DNA from: Chrysomallon squamiferum
Lineage: Eukaryota > Animalia > Mollusca
Assembly (NCBI GenBank): GCA_012295275.1
Contig: CM022669.1
Coordinates: 19,158,001 to 19,222,000, forward strand
Reading direction: 5' to 3'
Length of the DNA stretch: 64,000 bases
The translations under genes were made by a program, and so were the position numbers. The notes below the pieces were generated by a model. The model did not search any database. It was not told the DNA's origin and saw nothing but the letters and a program-made list of their open reading frames with translations. Numbering within the stretch: the first letter of the stretch is position 1; the number at the start of each line of letters is the position of its first letter. This document shows positions 1 to 29,303 of this stretch, one piece after another.

Positions 1-827
1 ATTTATTGTTTAAAAAATTTAAATCAATGCTAAAGTATTATAAAGGCTTAATTAAGATATGGCAAAGGAATAACATCGTGGTTGACCGCAGGGAATATAT
101 TTTGGAAGTGCTGACAGCGAATTATAATGTTCAGGAAATAAATTTAATATTAAGACGATTTATAAGAATGTAGTATGCCATGATGTAGATGCTATACTTT
201 TGAGTCCTAGCCTTGCTAGAGATACAGCTCTTTACTAAATCTTTAACTATTGCTCACTTGCAAAATATCTGAAGAAACCATATGGTCCTAATTATGAATA
301 TTAAACAAACAAACAAACAAACAAACAAACAAACAAACAAACAAACAAACAACAACAACAACACTTACCAACTTATTTAGCATCGTCTTTGCACATATTT
401 CGGTATTTATTTTAAGAAATTTAACCTAACATATGGTAGATACACATCTTGAATACTTATACTCAAGTCATTGTGATTACGTCACGCTCATAGAAGAAAA
501 CCAGTTCCGTTACCTTGATGAATATGTAAATAACGTTAAATACATATTTACGTCACCACTGATGTCATAGTACTATATAAAACTGGATACATTGCTAAAA
601 GTAAATGTTACAGAAATATACAAATATGCACATATGCAAGTATATTTATATAAATGCACATTAAAAGGAAATCAATAAATGAAAAATAAATAAAATAAAT
701 ATTATTTTTTTAAATAATAAAGTTGTAGTGGCTATAATACCATAGCATAAATTAGCAAGCGTCTTTCGCATATCAAACCTGTGTCTTGATGAATAGATCA
801 ATTATTCTTTCATTCAAAAAATAAAAA

Positions 828-879
<52 letters not shown>

Positions 880-1799
880 TAAATAAATAAATAAATAAAA
901 ATAAATGAATAATAAAATAATAATAAAAAAAAAATAAAAGACTATAACAAAAACAAAAACAAAAGCTAGTACCATCCCAAAACGAAAAATAACTATTAAT
1001 AACATATGAACATCAATATCCATTAGTGCACGAATACAGCACAAAACACCCCCACAAACAAACAGACGAAACAAATCGATTTACTGAAATAGAAATCTAT
1101 TTATTGTTTAGATTCATTTAGTAATTAATTTCATTTACTGCTGTACAACACGTTCTATTTAATTATTTAAAACAAGCATCAAATAAAACAAAATGATCTG
1201 TTTCACATTCAGTCTTTCCTTAGCAATTATTTATTAATGAGGAAAGATGACATGAATAATACCATGGCTGATCAGTTTGCTTCACGCAAAATAAGAAAAG
1301 AAATTATTAGTACAGACAGTGTAGTCACTTTAGTTATATAATAATGTAAACTATTTATTTAACTGAATGTTAGCGTCTTTGCCTACCTAAATATATAAAT
1401 ATGCATGCAATTCATACCTCTCACGCAGTAATAGTGAAAAAGAAATTTCAGAATTAATTTCTGTTTTCTAACATATTTGATTACCATACATATTAATTAT
1501 TTATTCAACTGAAATAAAACAATCAGCTTATATATCTTAATGCTAACTAAAGCCTTTATATTCATAAATTATACTATATCTGTTAATCAGCCAACATTGC
1601 AGACTAGCACAAACACACACACACACACGCACAGACAGACAAACGCGCGCGCGCGCGCTCTCTCACGCATGCACACACACACGTGCGCCGACAGTTACTC
1701 CCCACGAACCAAACATACACAGCGACAGACGATACAGACAAGATACAGACAAACAACATATGTGCTAAAACAATTTAATCGCTCAATATGTTGCCGTCT

Positions 1800-1895
1800 A
1801 GTGAAAATCGAATCACGGGACCAGCAGGCGACGCAAAAAGCTAGTCCATCGCGGTTTGCAGTTAATCAAATCAAACTGAAAAATCATAGCAGCAG
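1800..1895 (+). other. Candidate non-coding first exon/promoter region of PHM copy 1
   Basis: The PHM1 ATG (8877) lies 7 nt after a strong acceptor (ttatttcag, 8869), which suggests an upstream exon. This locally CpG-richer stretch ends in CAG|GTGAG at 1895/1896. The start is approximate and the assignment is inference. Confidence 0.25.
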
Positions 1896-2424
1896 GTGAG
1901 CTTCGGTCACGTTCGCACACCATCTTTCTCAGTTCTCCTCTACAACATCCTCCACAGCACCAGAGGTCATTGGAGACGTGAACAGCCTACTCGTAAACTA
2001 ATGGCTTGATTTACTGCCGATGTAGTTTCAATCCCCATCGCTGACTTTGTGGAATTTTTTTTTTTTTTTTTAGTCGTTAATGACTCTCGCAGAGATTTCC
2101 GTGATTTAGTTAGTATTCAGTATATGACAAAATGTATATTAATTATGGTTTTGAGAATTAAGCAGAAATGTTGTACATTTTCGTAGAGAAATTACTTTGT
2201 AGTTCCCCATATCTGTAGATGGTGTTATAACATTAGTTTATATTAAGTAATGTAAACAACAATAATAATAATAGTAATAATAAATTAAATGAATTTTATA
2301 TCTCATTCTTCGTTTTATTTACTTATGTTTTAGTGTTATTGGCATGATAGTAAAAATATTATAATGTGACACAACTGGCTTCGAAATCAAATGTTTTCAG
2401 CACATTTTCTGAATGGATGCATAT

Positions 2425-2524
<100 letters not shown>

Positions 2525-3558
2525 TTTTTTTTTTTTTTTTTTTAGAACTTATTCGTAGAGAAGCTCTAGAAAGATTCGATCCTGCGTTCTATTACTTTTG
2601 GACCTTCGCTCCAATCACTTAGCTACAATCATAATTCACATTTGTCCTATGTCTAGTTTTGATTCGGCACTATGTAACAAAACTGAAATTTTGAATTTAA
2701 ATCGTATATCGAATATTTTTATGTCGTTCAATGCAGTTTTTAATAGTGCACGCGTAAAAGTTAACATTAATGTGTAGTTACTTTGCAAGGTCGTTACCTG
2801 CGGAGGTCATCAAAGGACGGTGACACAGGTGTGCTGTGGAGATACCAATTGTTAAATATTCCGTAGACTAAAATTTGAGATATATTCATAATTATTCAAA
2901 ATTCAGTAACGTAGAAAGATAAATGATACTATATTATCTGCTTAACTGTATGCTTTTAAAAACAGTTTCCTTTATATAACAGCAACAACAACAACAACAA
3001 TAATAACAAAAACAAAAACAAAAACAACAATAATAATAATAATAGTAATAATAATAATGATGATGATAATGATAATGACGATGTAGAATGAAAGAATATA
3101 TAACAATTAAAAGTATTTAAATTAAAACGTATTTAATTAAAACAGATATATGAAATCAGAGTGTGTAACCTATATTGCCAATGCAATCTGTTACACTAGT
3201 TTTTTATTGTGGTTGAAAACTTGAATACTTAATTAAGATAAATGGATAATAATGGTATATATCATTTTAGAAATATATTTGATAACGTATTGTATTTAAC
3301 TATGATGAAATAAATACCCGAGCAAAAAGCAAATAATGTAAAAATATGAATAACAAATGTTCATATGTATATAAATAGATAGATAAATAAATGTGTGTGT
3401 GTTCTTCATTATTTATCTATTTATATACACATGAATATTTATTATTCATTTTTTTGCCTAGCAATAAAATGACTGAAGCGTAGATTATTATGAACAATTC
3501 ACGAACGCTCAAATAGATGCACAAACACACTCATACACCTACGTGTACACTAGAATTA

Positions 3559-3589
<31 letters not shown>

Positions 3590-4192
3590 AAATAAAAAAA
3601 AAAAAAAAAAAAAAAAAAACAATACCATTGTATAATTCTCAGAGTCAATATAAATGTCTACACTATATTATCTTTTCATTTCACCTTAGTCAAAAATATC
3701 TCCTTCAGTTTAATTTTTACACTGCAACTCGAAAGCACTCTCATCAGAGCGAAAGCCTGGCTCTTGTTAGTCTGAAATGTCAATATTTTCCACATTTTCA
3801 GTTAACACAAAACGACGTTAGACCCAACCGAAGTATCATGGTCATTTTATTCGCGCGCTTTGTCAGTTGTCGTCTGACATGAGAAATGAGTAAATTAGAA
3901 CTACTTTTTGTGTGTGTCGTCTGCTGAACCGTAGGTTGGAAAATCGATCGATTTCCACAAGCACAAAATAACTGCACTGTTTGCATGGTAGTGGGGAACG
4001 GTTAAGGGTAAGGAAATTTATTGTAATTGTTTAGTGCTTATTTGTACAAAAGAAGGGGAAAAAAAATATTTATGATTGTTTAATTTGCTTTGCAAACATC
4101 GTTAAGATGAATTAAGGTCTTTTTTTCTTTATTTTTCAAGTTGTTTTTTGCGGGAACAGAAAATGGCGGCAAGTGAAAACACTAGCAGCAGC

Positions 4193-4258
<66 letters not shown>

Positions 4259-5541
4259 TGTTGCAGAGACGACGATGATAAGAAAATAAAAAGGTAAAAA
4301 ATAATATATATATATATATACGTGTGTATCTATGTATGTTTGTAGATATAAAGGCATACTGTAGATGTATACATGTGTTTATATGTGTGTGTATATCAGC
4401 ACATTTGATTTTGTTGCTGCAACATCTGATAAATGTAATAAAAGATAATACATACTGCAACCCATAATGTTATTTTAAATGTAATAGGGATGGATATTCA
4501 TGTATATACTTAAAACGTATTTAAGTCAAAAACGATCTGTATCAAATTAATAAAAATTCAAAAACTTGTTTTCTGGATGCTAAATAAGTTGCCGTTATAA
4601 GGTAGCAGCTGTTGAAGTTTGTTATTGTTGTTATTAAAATAAATATATTTACATTGTGTGTTTTTTAGTAAACAGGTAAAATTTTAATTTAATTGTTCTC
4701 ATATTAAATACTATTTTACTGAATTAATAAAAAAAAAAATATTCAAATAAGGTGAATAACAATAATTTATAAATATTTATGCTAATAAAGTAGCTAGTAA
4801 ATAAATAAACACATTTTTATTATATATATATATAAACAATAAAAAAAAAAAAAAAAAAAAAAACCTTACCACAGTATATATATATAATAAATAAATAAAT
4901 AATAAAAATAAAAAATAAATAAATAAAATAAGACTGAGTATTCTAAATATTAAAAACAGTTTGGTCATTTGAATTTATTTAAAGACACGGTACTGAAAGC
5001 CTACATGTCTGATAAGATCTTTTACGCGGCTTAACTGGAACATCCCCGCATTAGAAGACCATTATCTAGTGAACTACGTCTAACAAATAATGGAGCTAGC
5101 TCTCTTAGCTAAAAAAAAAAAATCAATATCTAAGAACACTGAGACTTTATAATCTACTAGTGCTTTCCGGAACTGTGAATATATTCACAGTCCAGTCGTA
5201 AAGAGAATTATTATCTTAGGGAGAAGTGTCTTTCAGACTTTCGTGAAATTCCGGAAACTTATTCGCACTTTTTCGTTGTAGTCTTCGTGGAATTATCGAG
5301 TTGGTACGTTTTCTTTTTTAAATTATCGAATGATTCATTGTTACTTGTACTTACAGATGAATATTAACAATATATACGTTTTTTAGCTGTATATTATATT
5401 CATTACTTGAGACATCGCGATTTTTATTTTATTTTTCGAGTTTGAGCATTTTAACATTTTGTTAACAGCTGATAATTTTTTCCTTGTTGCTGTATTTTTT
5501 TGTTAGTCTTTTCTTCAGTATTTCTTTTGTTTAATCATTTC

Positions 5542-5620
<79 letters not shown>

Positions 5621-6670
5621 TCATTATTTCTGTTTCTTCATTTTCTATTTAGCACAACCGTCAGGGTTAAGCTCACAAAACTAAAGACTAAGTGACACGA
5701 ATATCTTTTTTCTGGCGCTATTTCATCTAAGGCATTATTCGTGTGATTGTCACTGGGAATCAGTTTATCATCAGTAACATCAAAGAGTCTTCCAAGTCTT
5801 GGATCAATACTTTCTTATCATCGCTTGTATTCAACAGATCATGTGAATAATTGCCTGACATACATCACCATAATTACACATAAACATACGCTTATTAATT
5901 TCACTAACGTATTCCTTTGTGAGAACTGAGAAGATAGCCGAAGCCTGGGACATTTAAATAAGTCACGTAGTCAACCTTCTGAACAACAGAAGGCAGCTGA
6001 GGATCGATTTAAAAATGCACTCTCTCTCTAAGCCACGCGTGGGCTATTTCCCGTTCTAAACAAATCCACACTCATGGATCAAACATTCTGGCATGTGCTA
6101 TCTTACCTATAAGAAATTCTATATGAAACTTACTGACTATGAGCGCTCCAATGTGCCGCTGCATTGGAATTCCTTTGTTAAATCATAATTATACGAAATC
6201 TGTTTGCTCCACACCAGAGTAAAACTAACCGTTACAATTAACACATACTGAGGTGTTTCTCATGTATGTTGTTAATTTTTCCTTGCAAAAGATGCAGTTA
6301 ATCGATAAGCTAATCTTGAAGTAACAGAAGAAGAGAATATCACAATGGCTGACACCTAATTACCGTTGATATTACTAAAATGACATACAGGAGAAACTGT
6401 GTTTTTGTAGGACAGTTGCAAGACGTAAGATAGTGTTACTAGGTTGTTTGTTTCTTGCCTAGTTGTACAGATTTATAAATTTTCGTTAGCGCAAGAATAC
6501 ATTAAATAATAAATTAAATAACAAACTGTAATATAGAAAAGTAAGACTACAACAACAACAATGATGAAAATGATGTTGATGATAATAGTAGTAGTAGTAG
6601 TAGTAGTAATATTAATAATAATAGTAACCACAAAAAGATAAGAAAAGAAAAATCCAAACAACAGCAACAA

Positions 6671-6722
<52 letters not shown>

Positions 6723-8876
6723 GCCTAGAAAATCCAACGAATTTAAACCGCAGACTATCTCATAAAACAAATAATATACAAATATAACAAATATATTTGG
6801 TACTGTAAAATGTCTCCAATATAACAGTTTAGTTTATGCTAAGGACAGCTCCTTTTTCCAAACCGGTTTCATCCCGATTATTGATCTGAAAAATAAAAAT
6901 TTAAAGCATTACACATGACCCTATAGATTTAACAATACAGTACATGTGACCTAAATCTGTCATTTTAACGTAAGTATGGCAGCTGGTGATAATTTCATTC
7001 CCTAACTGGAAGTATAATATTTCAACACGCAGAATTTAATTACATATTATTATTTATAATCAGACTATTTTATTATTATTATTATTTATTATTATTATTA
7101 TTATTATTATTTTTTTTTTTTGACACTTGGAAATCAATCGCGGTTTCGTTAATTCAACGCATAACGAATTAAGACATTAATTAATATTTAGAAATAAAAT
7201 GTAAAAGAAAAAAGGTGGGGAGAGGGGGAATGTAAAAGAAGTGTAAAATCAATTTTGTTTTTCCTATGAAAAATCCAAAAGATTAAACCAGTGTTAAAAT
7301 ATCGAGGCAGTAATATCTGAACGACTATCCTAATAAACGCAGATTCAAAAAAAAAAAAGAAACCTGATAGACATAATCTTTATTCCACGCCACTTCACCC
7401 GATACGTCCAATTTTTTAACAGGTTTTCACACCTGATTTAACAGTATGCACAGGTTTCATTACACTAAAATGTCGTTACTTTCCTTGACACTGAAAGTCT
7501 ACACATCAAATCAGGTTTTTCTCTATAATCGCTAATGGAAACGAAATCCCAGTTTTACAAGCCCCTTGGGTAAGGCAGGAAAGAGTGACGTGTACTCCAA
7601 GCCGCATCACAAATCATGACAAAGAATTTGACAAAGTAGACTCGAAATATATTCAAAGTTACTGATACTGTTCACAGATCGATAGTTAAAACAGGTTTGT
7701 CAAAAACATCACGTTTAATACGACGCGTTAATGCATTGATGGCTGATGATGTGTTAAGATATAAAAATGTCTTTTCACAGACGGTACGTTGAAAATCGTT
7801 ATTAATGCTTTATACATCAAACGTAACATTTTTTATTTTTCGTTACCGAGTTAGAAAATCAGGACGTGCAATATCTGATGTGAATCAATAATCACAAAAT
7901 TGCGATAGCGTTATTGTTTTCTGGTTATCAATTAATTAAGTGTATTTTTTTTTTTAAATAATAATATTATTCCTTCAGCGTGTAAGATCGATGAACTGAA
8001 TTATGTAATTATTTTTGTCTTTTCTCGGAGATATTATCAGCTCTGTAATTCACTCTGTAATCAATGTTATAGTAAAATAAATACATCTAGATCGTGTCGA
8101 ATAAAACTAATATGGTGGGACTAGCCAGTACAACAACAGTAACAACATCATCGTCATCGTCATCGTCATCGTCATCATTATCATTATCATTATAATTATT
8201 ATTATTATTATTGTTATTATTATTATTATTAATATTACTATTATTATTATTATATTTTATTTTTTTATTAATTTTATAAGTAGTAATAGTAGTATTAAAA
8301 TTTAGCAGTAGCAATAGCAATAGTAACAGTAACAGCAGCAATCATAGTAAAAGTAATAGTAGCAGAGTAATAGGAGAGATAGTAGTAACAGTAATAGAAA
8401 TAATAGAAAGAGTAGTATAGTAATAGCAGACGTAATGGTAGTAATACTGATAGTGGTTGTATTTGAGATAAAAGAATGAACAGAACTACTATTACTACTA
8501 CTACTACTAACAACAGTAATATAAATAGCAGCACTAACAATTACTACTGCTGACACAGAAGATAAAAATATTTGTATATAAAAAAATATATATATATTTA
8601 TTCCGTTTATTTTTATATTTTATTTATTTATTTATTTATTATTTATTATTATTATCATTATTTTTTTTTTAAAGCAAATTAATTATGTTCCATTTCAGAT
8701 TTAGCTAATAAAAAAAAAAAATAAAAAAAGAAATAGAAAATAAAATAAAAAAGGCCAATATCATACTTAAAATTATTCACGACAGCCGAAACTGTTCAAA
8801 TAAACCCGCAGAGTTTGATGACAGACTAGATTTTAGATCTCATTTTTTTAATTTGCGGTTTTATTTCAGGAGAGCA

Positions 8877-16689
<7,813 letters not shown>

Positions 16690-19075
16690 AAAAACAAAAT
16701 TTCAGGAAGTCACTAAGCAAGGGTGAATCCAGTTTATATTACAGTGGGTTTCGGAAACAAATAATTTAAAGAATTTTTTTTTTTTTTAATATTTTTTTTT
16801 ATAATCATCGAGAGTACAAATCTATAATCCGGTTTAAATAAATACGACTGTTTGGGAAGGGGACTTGAGTGTGTTAGAATCAGACCTTATCCATAGGAAG
16901 AACAGAGCTTTCTTAGACAAATGTTTCTAAAATAATATCTGTAAAATGATGATTTACTCAGGGTAAATATATATTATTTATAAAGCAATGTTATCATTCG
17001 GAATAATAGTTAAAACGTAAACATACACTATAATAGAACTGGATCAGTGATTTTTATGTTTTAACGTGCGAACATTTTCGAAAATCAAAGTTCTTTCTGT
17101 TTGATGTATACTTAAATAATATATATATATATATATATTTTTTTTTTTTCCGGCAACATAAGTATCTACTTTCTTGTGATCATATTTTGAAGGTCTCTTC
17201 CACAAATTACCTTGTACTTATAATTACTTGAATGAATTTATTTTTATTTTTATTTTTTTAAAATTTTTTTAAAGTATTTGGTGTAAATAATTCAAAGATA
17301 CAGACATTATGACAAAGAAATCGAGAGGTATTTATTGCTATTTTAAAATTTAGACCGTTTAAAGGAAGAGAATTTCGGAATTTTCAGAAAGTGCTCTCTC
17401 TCTCTCTCCAACTAGTATTTTGTTAAGTTGTTATGATTATTATTATTATTTTAAATCATTGATTTGCATGTATAATTAATTAACTGCATCAATTTTTGTT
17501 AGTTAATTGGTATCCTTGCACGGTTTAAAATGTATTTAAAGTTACATCGTTTCGTATTTAAAAATATAAAAGATATCCGGATATATTGGTTTCGAGCATG
17601 TAACTGTTATCGTAGTTAATATAAAGATGATATTGGAATTACGTATTGACAATGTTTACGTTCGAAGGACCAGTTGCATTTTTGTTTATATTATAAAATT
17701 ATGTGTTTTTAACTGCAACTGTGAATGGTTTTATCACCGAGTGATACATGGTTTGATATATTTTATGGCTGTGAACTGTTATATATTTTTTTCTTGTAAA
17801 CTTATTTGTTGTTTTATTTTTCTCTCTTTTAATAATATTTGCCTGTTAAACAAAATCAAACTTAAAACCAAAATGCCATAACCCAATGTTTAAGTTACAG
17901 TATTTATTTTAGAGTTTGTATATTTATATTTTGAACAAATAATCAAAATTTCAAGCATTTATTTTTATCGATTTATTTTATTTGGAATGCTCAATGAAAA
18001 AAAAAAACAGAAAAAAGAGAAAAAAACAACAACAACAACATAAAAAAAAAACCCAAAATATAAAAAAATAGAATAAAATAACAACTTTTCCCCAGACCCC
18101 TTAAAATGTGTGCTTTCTATTTTTATTATAATGCATTATTTGCTTTAAATTATCTACGTACAATCCGAAGCTGCTGACTTAAAAGAAAATATTTATTATG
18201 CTGCCACTGTTCAACAACATCGGCTTATCAATCTAATTTCAAAAATCTTAATTACAAACATAAATATAAATACAGCAGCCGTGTATAAGATTTAATACTG
18301 GATTAATTAGTATAAGGTTCAATAGTCACATGCTGATTTACGTGTTTAATACAGAATGCTGTTTTAATGATTTTTGTATGGCGGCGGGCAGTTAACTGTT
18401 TAATGTTGAATTTATTCTGAGGGAGATAAAACAGGTTTTCTTTTTCACAATGAACTGTGATTCATCACTCTTGTTCTGGGATGTTTCTGAGAATAAAGAT
18501 AAAGTTGATCCTGAATGATTAGCGTGATATTTTGAAGATTTATATTTCTGTTACTCTCTAAAATTAAGAAAATTTACCTAAAAAAAGGATGTGTGTCAAT
18601 AAAATCGAGGTGAGGGTGGTGAAAGATTTTTTTTTTCTTTACAAAATATATATCTAATGTGTACTCCTTGTTAGAGAACAAAAACGTCATAGGTTAAAAA
18701 TAATAGAGGTGAGATGATCCGGGTACTTCGTGAAACTTTCTTATTAATATGACAATGATAATTACTAAAAGTGTTTACAAAAAATATTCGCCTATAATTG
18801 AACCAAATAATGTCAGATATGTACATGGAGTTATGAAAAAAAAAAAAAAAAAAATCATTGGAACAAATACAAATACTATTCAGTCCCATCTTATCGTGAA
18901 ATTCGAATCATAAACAAATTCCATAATATTATAACCTTAGTACATGTGTATATTAAATTACATAAAACAAATAAATGAGCCTTCTGACTTTTTTAAATGC
19001 CGTATGTGTTTTAAATATTTAAATTGTTAATTTACATGATGCGGTTTTCATAATACCAATACACAATTAAACAAT

Positions 19076-19118
<43 letters not shown>

Positions 19119-19507
19119 ACATACACACACACACTCACACACTCACACACACAGAGGTATGTATCACTTGTCTCCAAAAGGCCTATCTTGCCTTAACAGA
19201 ACTGGAGATCATTAAACACAAGCAGAAATGTGCTGTACAATATCTCTTAATACAAAAGAAAACAAAGACTTTTTAAATGTATATTTGACGGTGCTCTAAA
19301 TACCTATATTACATATTTATCAAATATTATATTTTAAATTTGTTGTTTTGTGAATGTTTCATGCTGATTTTGTGATGTATTGCGTTTTTATTTTTTTTTT
19401 AAATTGGTTCTGACATATTTCAGATTAATTTAATTTGTTTGAAAAATGAATAGTAGATCGTTAAAGTGGATGATGATGATAATGATAATAATAATAATAA
19501 TAATAAT

Positions 19508-19545
<38 letters not shown>

Positions 19546-21397
19546 GAGCAGCAACAACAACAACATCAGCATCCTTTAATCATTTAAAGCTTTACTCTAA
19601 TATCGATGCCATTAATTCGAGTATTTGTTAATGTTTTTTTTCCCTAACTACTTAAAGCAAATATGAAGAAAAAGGGGAAAAAAAGAAGAAAAAGAAAACA
19701 AAATTAGAATAATGAATACATCTTTGCGATCATGAAAGAATGTTGTTTAAAAAAAAAAAAAAAAATTTAAACATTACTTTAACACATTTAAATAACAATG
19801 GTTAATTTGAGTCACATACGACGTTTTTCTTTTCTTTTACTTTCTTTCTTTCTTGTTCTTTTTTTTCTTCTATTTATCTGTATGATAGAAAATTCAGACT
19901 GCCAAGTATAGAATGATAATTCGATGCCATCGTTTAATGTCTTCAATAAGGACTTGTTTGGGAATAGCGTTACAAATAAGAACTGAAAGTATGGATATTA
20001 ACCCAACACGGGGACTAGGTCAATATCCTTAAAAAGAACGCCTAGTTTTTCGAGACCCTGCTCAAATGATCTATTCCAGACTGAGCAGTCTGCGTAAAAT
20101 CATACGTGTCTGCATGAAATGGCTGAGTATCTTTAATTCCACAAACATTTCCAGCATTATTTAAATTAATCTGAAATATGTTTAACAAAACACACTTTGT
20201 TTATGATGTTCTGTTATCGTTGTTTTGTCAATGTAGACTGTTATTCGAAATAAAGTTATTTGCTTTTCCCGCAATTCTGATTCTAATTACATTTTTTTTT
20301 TTTTTTTTTAACTATTTTGTTTGAAATCGAGAAATCATTTGAAAGAAATATTTTTTTTTTCCTAGACTAGATTTAGATATGGGGTGAGGTGCTTATTTAT
20401 TTATTTATTTATTTATTTATTTTACAAATATGAACAGATAATAAGACTCGGCAAGAACGCGTCAAGCTTAGAGCACCCAGGCTATGTAGGTTTTTTTTAT
20501 CAAATTAATTATCTTACGCCCAAATTTACTTTTTAAAGTCATTTTCGTTTCCTTTGTTGATTGATATATTTAAGTAGATTGAAGAAAAAAATACGAAAAA
20601 TTATTTTAAAATATAAAAAAACAAAAAACAGTCCGGGAACAAATAAGAAAATCAGTAATATAAAAAATATATGTAGAATTTAGAAAAAATGAAAAGAAAA
20701 GAAAAGCAAACGAAACCAGCAAAAAAACCCAAACAACAACAACAAAAAAAAACAGGTAAATTAATGATATTAACAACAACTACAGGAATGATACATGCAT
20801 ATGCAGCTATTTAGTCTTATATTAGCTACAACAGCTACACGAAACACAGATAATCTACGGATGCTACCTTTACGACAGTGACTATCAAGCATAAACATTG
20901 ACGACGACAACGAAGGTTATGTCAACAACTTAACTTTCTTTTCCACGCCACAAAGCAAATCATTTAACATTAAACAAAAAATCTACACTAAGGTGTGTCT
21001 GTATGTGTGTGTGTGTGTGTCTGTGTGTGTCTGTGTGTATGTGTGTGTGTGTATGTGTGGATATATAACTTAATGAATAAACGTATACATGTCTGTGTGT
21101 ATGTATGAATATATAAGTATGTATATACGTGTGTGTCTCTGTCTGTATGTGTATGCATGCATGCGTGTATATACATAATACTTACTTATAAACGTATGCG
21201 TTAATATGTAAGTACCTACATGCTACAGAACAGTGGAAAACTTGTTGACCTTACAGATAACAACGTTGAACCAGCCAATGATTGAACTTTGCCTACGTGA
21301 CTCTGAGTCAAATTGAATACAGTTTTAAAAAATATCTCCATTCTGCTTATCAGTCCCACCTTCACACAAAGCCAGGTGAACGCTGTGAGGTTCTGAA

Positions 21398-26878
<5,481 letters not shown>

Positions 26879-27054
26879 AGAAAATTAGATCTATTTTGTT
26901 GTTGAAGATTTTTTGTTATTGTTGTTATTTTCGTTTCGTTTTTGAGTGGTTGTTTTTTTGTTGTTGTTTTCTTAAATTGAGTTTATTATTTTTTCCTATT
27001 TTTTTTTTTTTTAAACAAACAAACATATGATTTCTTTTAATAGTTCTGTAAACC

Positions 27055-27091
<37 letters not shown>

Positions 27092-27534
27092 AGTCCATGA
27101 ATTTTATTTCAAACCTTGACGAACAGTTTATGAAAACGTTTACAAATATTCATATAAATATATCATAAATCAAATTCTCGCACTCTTCTGTTTTCCGCAT
27201 GTATATTTACATAGCAGGGAAATAACGTATAAATAAATACAAACAAAATAAACTTAGTTTAACGGTTTTTATTCGGTATTTTTATATTTAACACCTTTTG
27301 TGATGGTTTCATGATTTGTCATCTTGTTTGTTCAGATGTCTTCTTGTAACTTTGATGTTATATCTTTCGTGAATCGTTCTGAAATAAATAATTAAAGAAC
27401 CCACGAAAATTATTTAAAAAAAAAGAAGAAGAAAATCAAAAATCGTTACAAATATTTATAAAAGTTAAATACAAATTATGATATTCTAAACGTAAATATT
27501 TTTAACAACAATAACAAATAATAATAAAAATAAA

Positions 27535-27585
<51 letters not shown>

Positions 27586-27665
27586 CAAACAACCTAACTA
27601 ATTAATTAATAAATTAATGGCTTTACGAAACTTGAAACAAAATTTTCTTATTATAACTTACAATT

Positions 27666-28344
27666 TTACTCTATTTGTTGGAACTCGTTGAAGGAGACAA
27701 CATCATCATCTGAAATTTGAATATACATTTAATTCTAACTTTGTTTTTCTCGTATAAACACTTAAATAGATGATTTCTGTTTTCATTTGCCATGCATCGT
27801 TTCCAATCAGTGTCTAACAACACATGGGACAAACACTATTTTGTGATCTTTCCTGCCTGAGGGAAAGAGTCTATTCAAAATATCCATTTGTGCTAACCGG
27901 TAGCTTTAACTTCTGCTATGATAAGTTTTCTCTCTAATTTGTCATTCTTTTTTTCCTTTTAGAGAAGAAGAAGAATTGATCTAAGTGGCTTTGGTATTAA
28001 AAAGTTTCTCACTGGTTCCAGTAACTGGATATTGTCTTTTTAACATTAATATTAAATAGAAAATCAACCATTATGTAAAACAATTTTCTCACCATCAGAA
28101 TCATTCAAGATGTCTCTGGCCTCTCTCACTAACATGTTGTCATCAAGTTCAACATCAACATTGCGAGTAACAACTGAAAAAAAACAGAGCCAACGTTTAA
28201 AACATGTGTTAAGTGTTTTAATATATGAATTTTCTTTTTATATATACTGATTCGGTCTTGAGTTGCATATCTTTAATGATATATATATATATGTATATAT
28301 ATACACACATACACATATACACACATATATATATATATATACAT

Positions 28345-28375
<31 letters not shown>

Positions 28376-28747
28376 GGTGTGTGTGTGTGTGTGTGTTTTA
28401 CTGTTATAATAACTCTGAAGATATGAAATATTTATGTCATGAAATTATGTTAAATTATTACACTATTATCCAAAATATGTAAACACATTTTTTTTTTCAG
28501 CCTCGTTTCCATAATTTAATACAATTTATATATTTACAATGTAATTAACAAACGAATTTCAGTTTTTTTTCTAATAATACTAATTTAGGAAAGTGTTCAA
28601 CAAACCATTTTCAGTTGGCATGTTCTTCTTCCTGAAAACATGACTAAGAGTTCGGCCAGCTCTGCTTATAGCTCTTCGGATACGCCATGATGACGTCATT
28701 TCCGGGGCCAGAAGAACAACAAGAGCAATCAAAATTAGAACCTTCAT
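27666..28747 (-). CDS. Secreted cationic peptide precursor (AMP-like), copy 1, subtype A, 88 aa
   Basis: Coding exons 28747-28606, 28173-28093, 27709-27666: MKVLILIALVVLLAPEMTSS-WRIRRAISRAGRTLSHVF-RKKNMPTEN-VVTRNVDVELDDNMLVREARDILNDSD-DDDVVSFNEFQQIE*. The 5' UTR exon ends at 29304; a 3' UTR exon carries AATAAA near 27270. Confidence 0.88.
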
Positions 28748-29100
28748 CTAAATTAAATAAATAAATAACAACAGTAGCATCATCAAAATACTAGTACTGT
28801 AGTAACCAAAAACAACCGTAGTAGTAGTAGTTGTAGTAGTAGTAGTAGTAGTAATAGTAGTAGTAGTAATTCATTTCAATTTGATATCATAACAAAAGAA
28901 ATAGAATAATGAGATATCTTAATATTTTCAGTAAGCAATAATAAAAATATCAAAAAACAACAGCAGTAACTATAATATTTACAGCTAAATGAGAAAATCA
29001 ATTCTGTTTATTTAGTCCATTTAGATTTTAAAGAGTGTATTATACTGAAGACTTGTTGAAATGGGAAGGCACAATGGAAAAATATATAAATATAACTATA

Positions 29101-29221
29101 AAAATTAAATAGCAGAATTTTGTATCTTTCATAAAAATTAAATAGCAGGATTTTATATCTTTCATAAAAATTAAATAGCAGGATTTTGTATCTTTCATAA
29201 AAATTAAATAGCAGGATTTTG
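29101..29221. repeat. 33-bp tandem minisatellite (~3.7 units) in intron 1 of peptide copy 1
   Basis: Unit aaaattaaatagcag(a/g)atttt(g/a)tatctttcata. Confidence 0.85.
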
Positions 29222-29303
29222 TTTCTCCCCCCACCACCAGTCTGTCGTTAGATTCTGAGTAGGTGATTCCCATAACAAAACAAGAGAAAACGAGACAACT
29301 TAC

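Noticed and set aside
28606-28747. Peptide as a classical amidated neuropeptide precursor
   Set aside because: There is no Gly-Lys-Arg amidation signal and no repeated peptide units; the core ends F-RKK without Gly.
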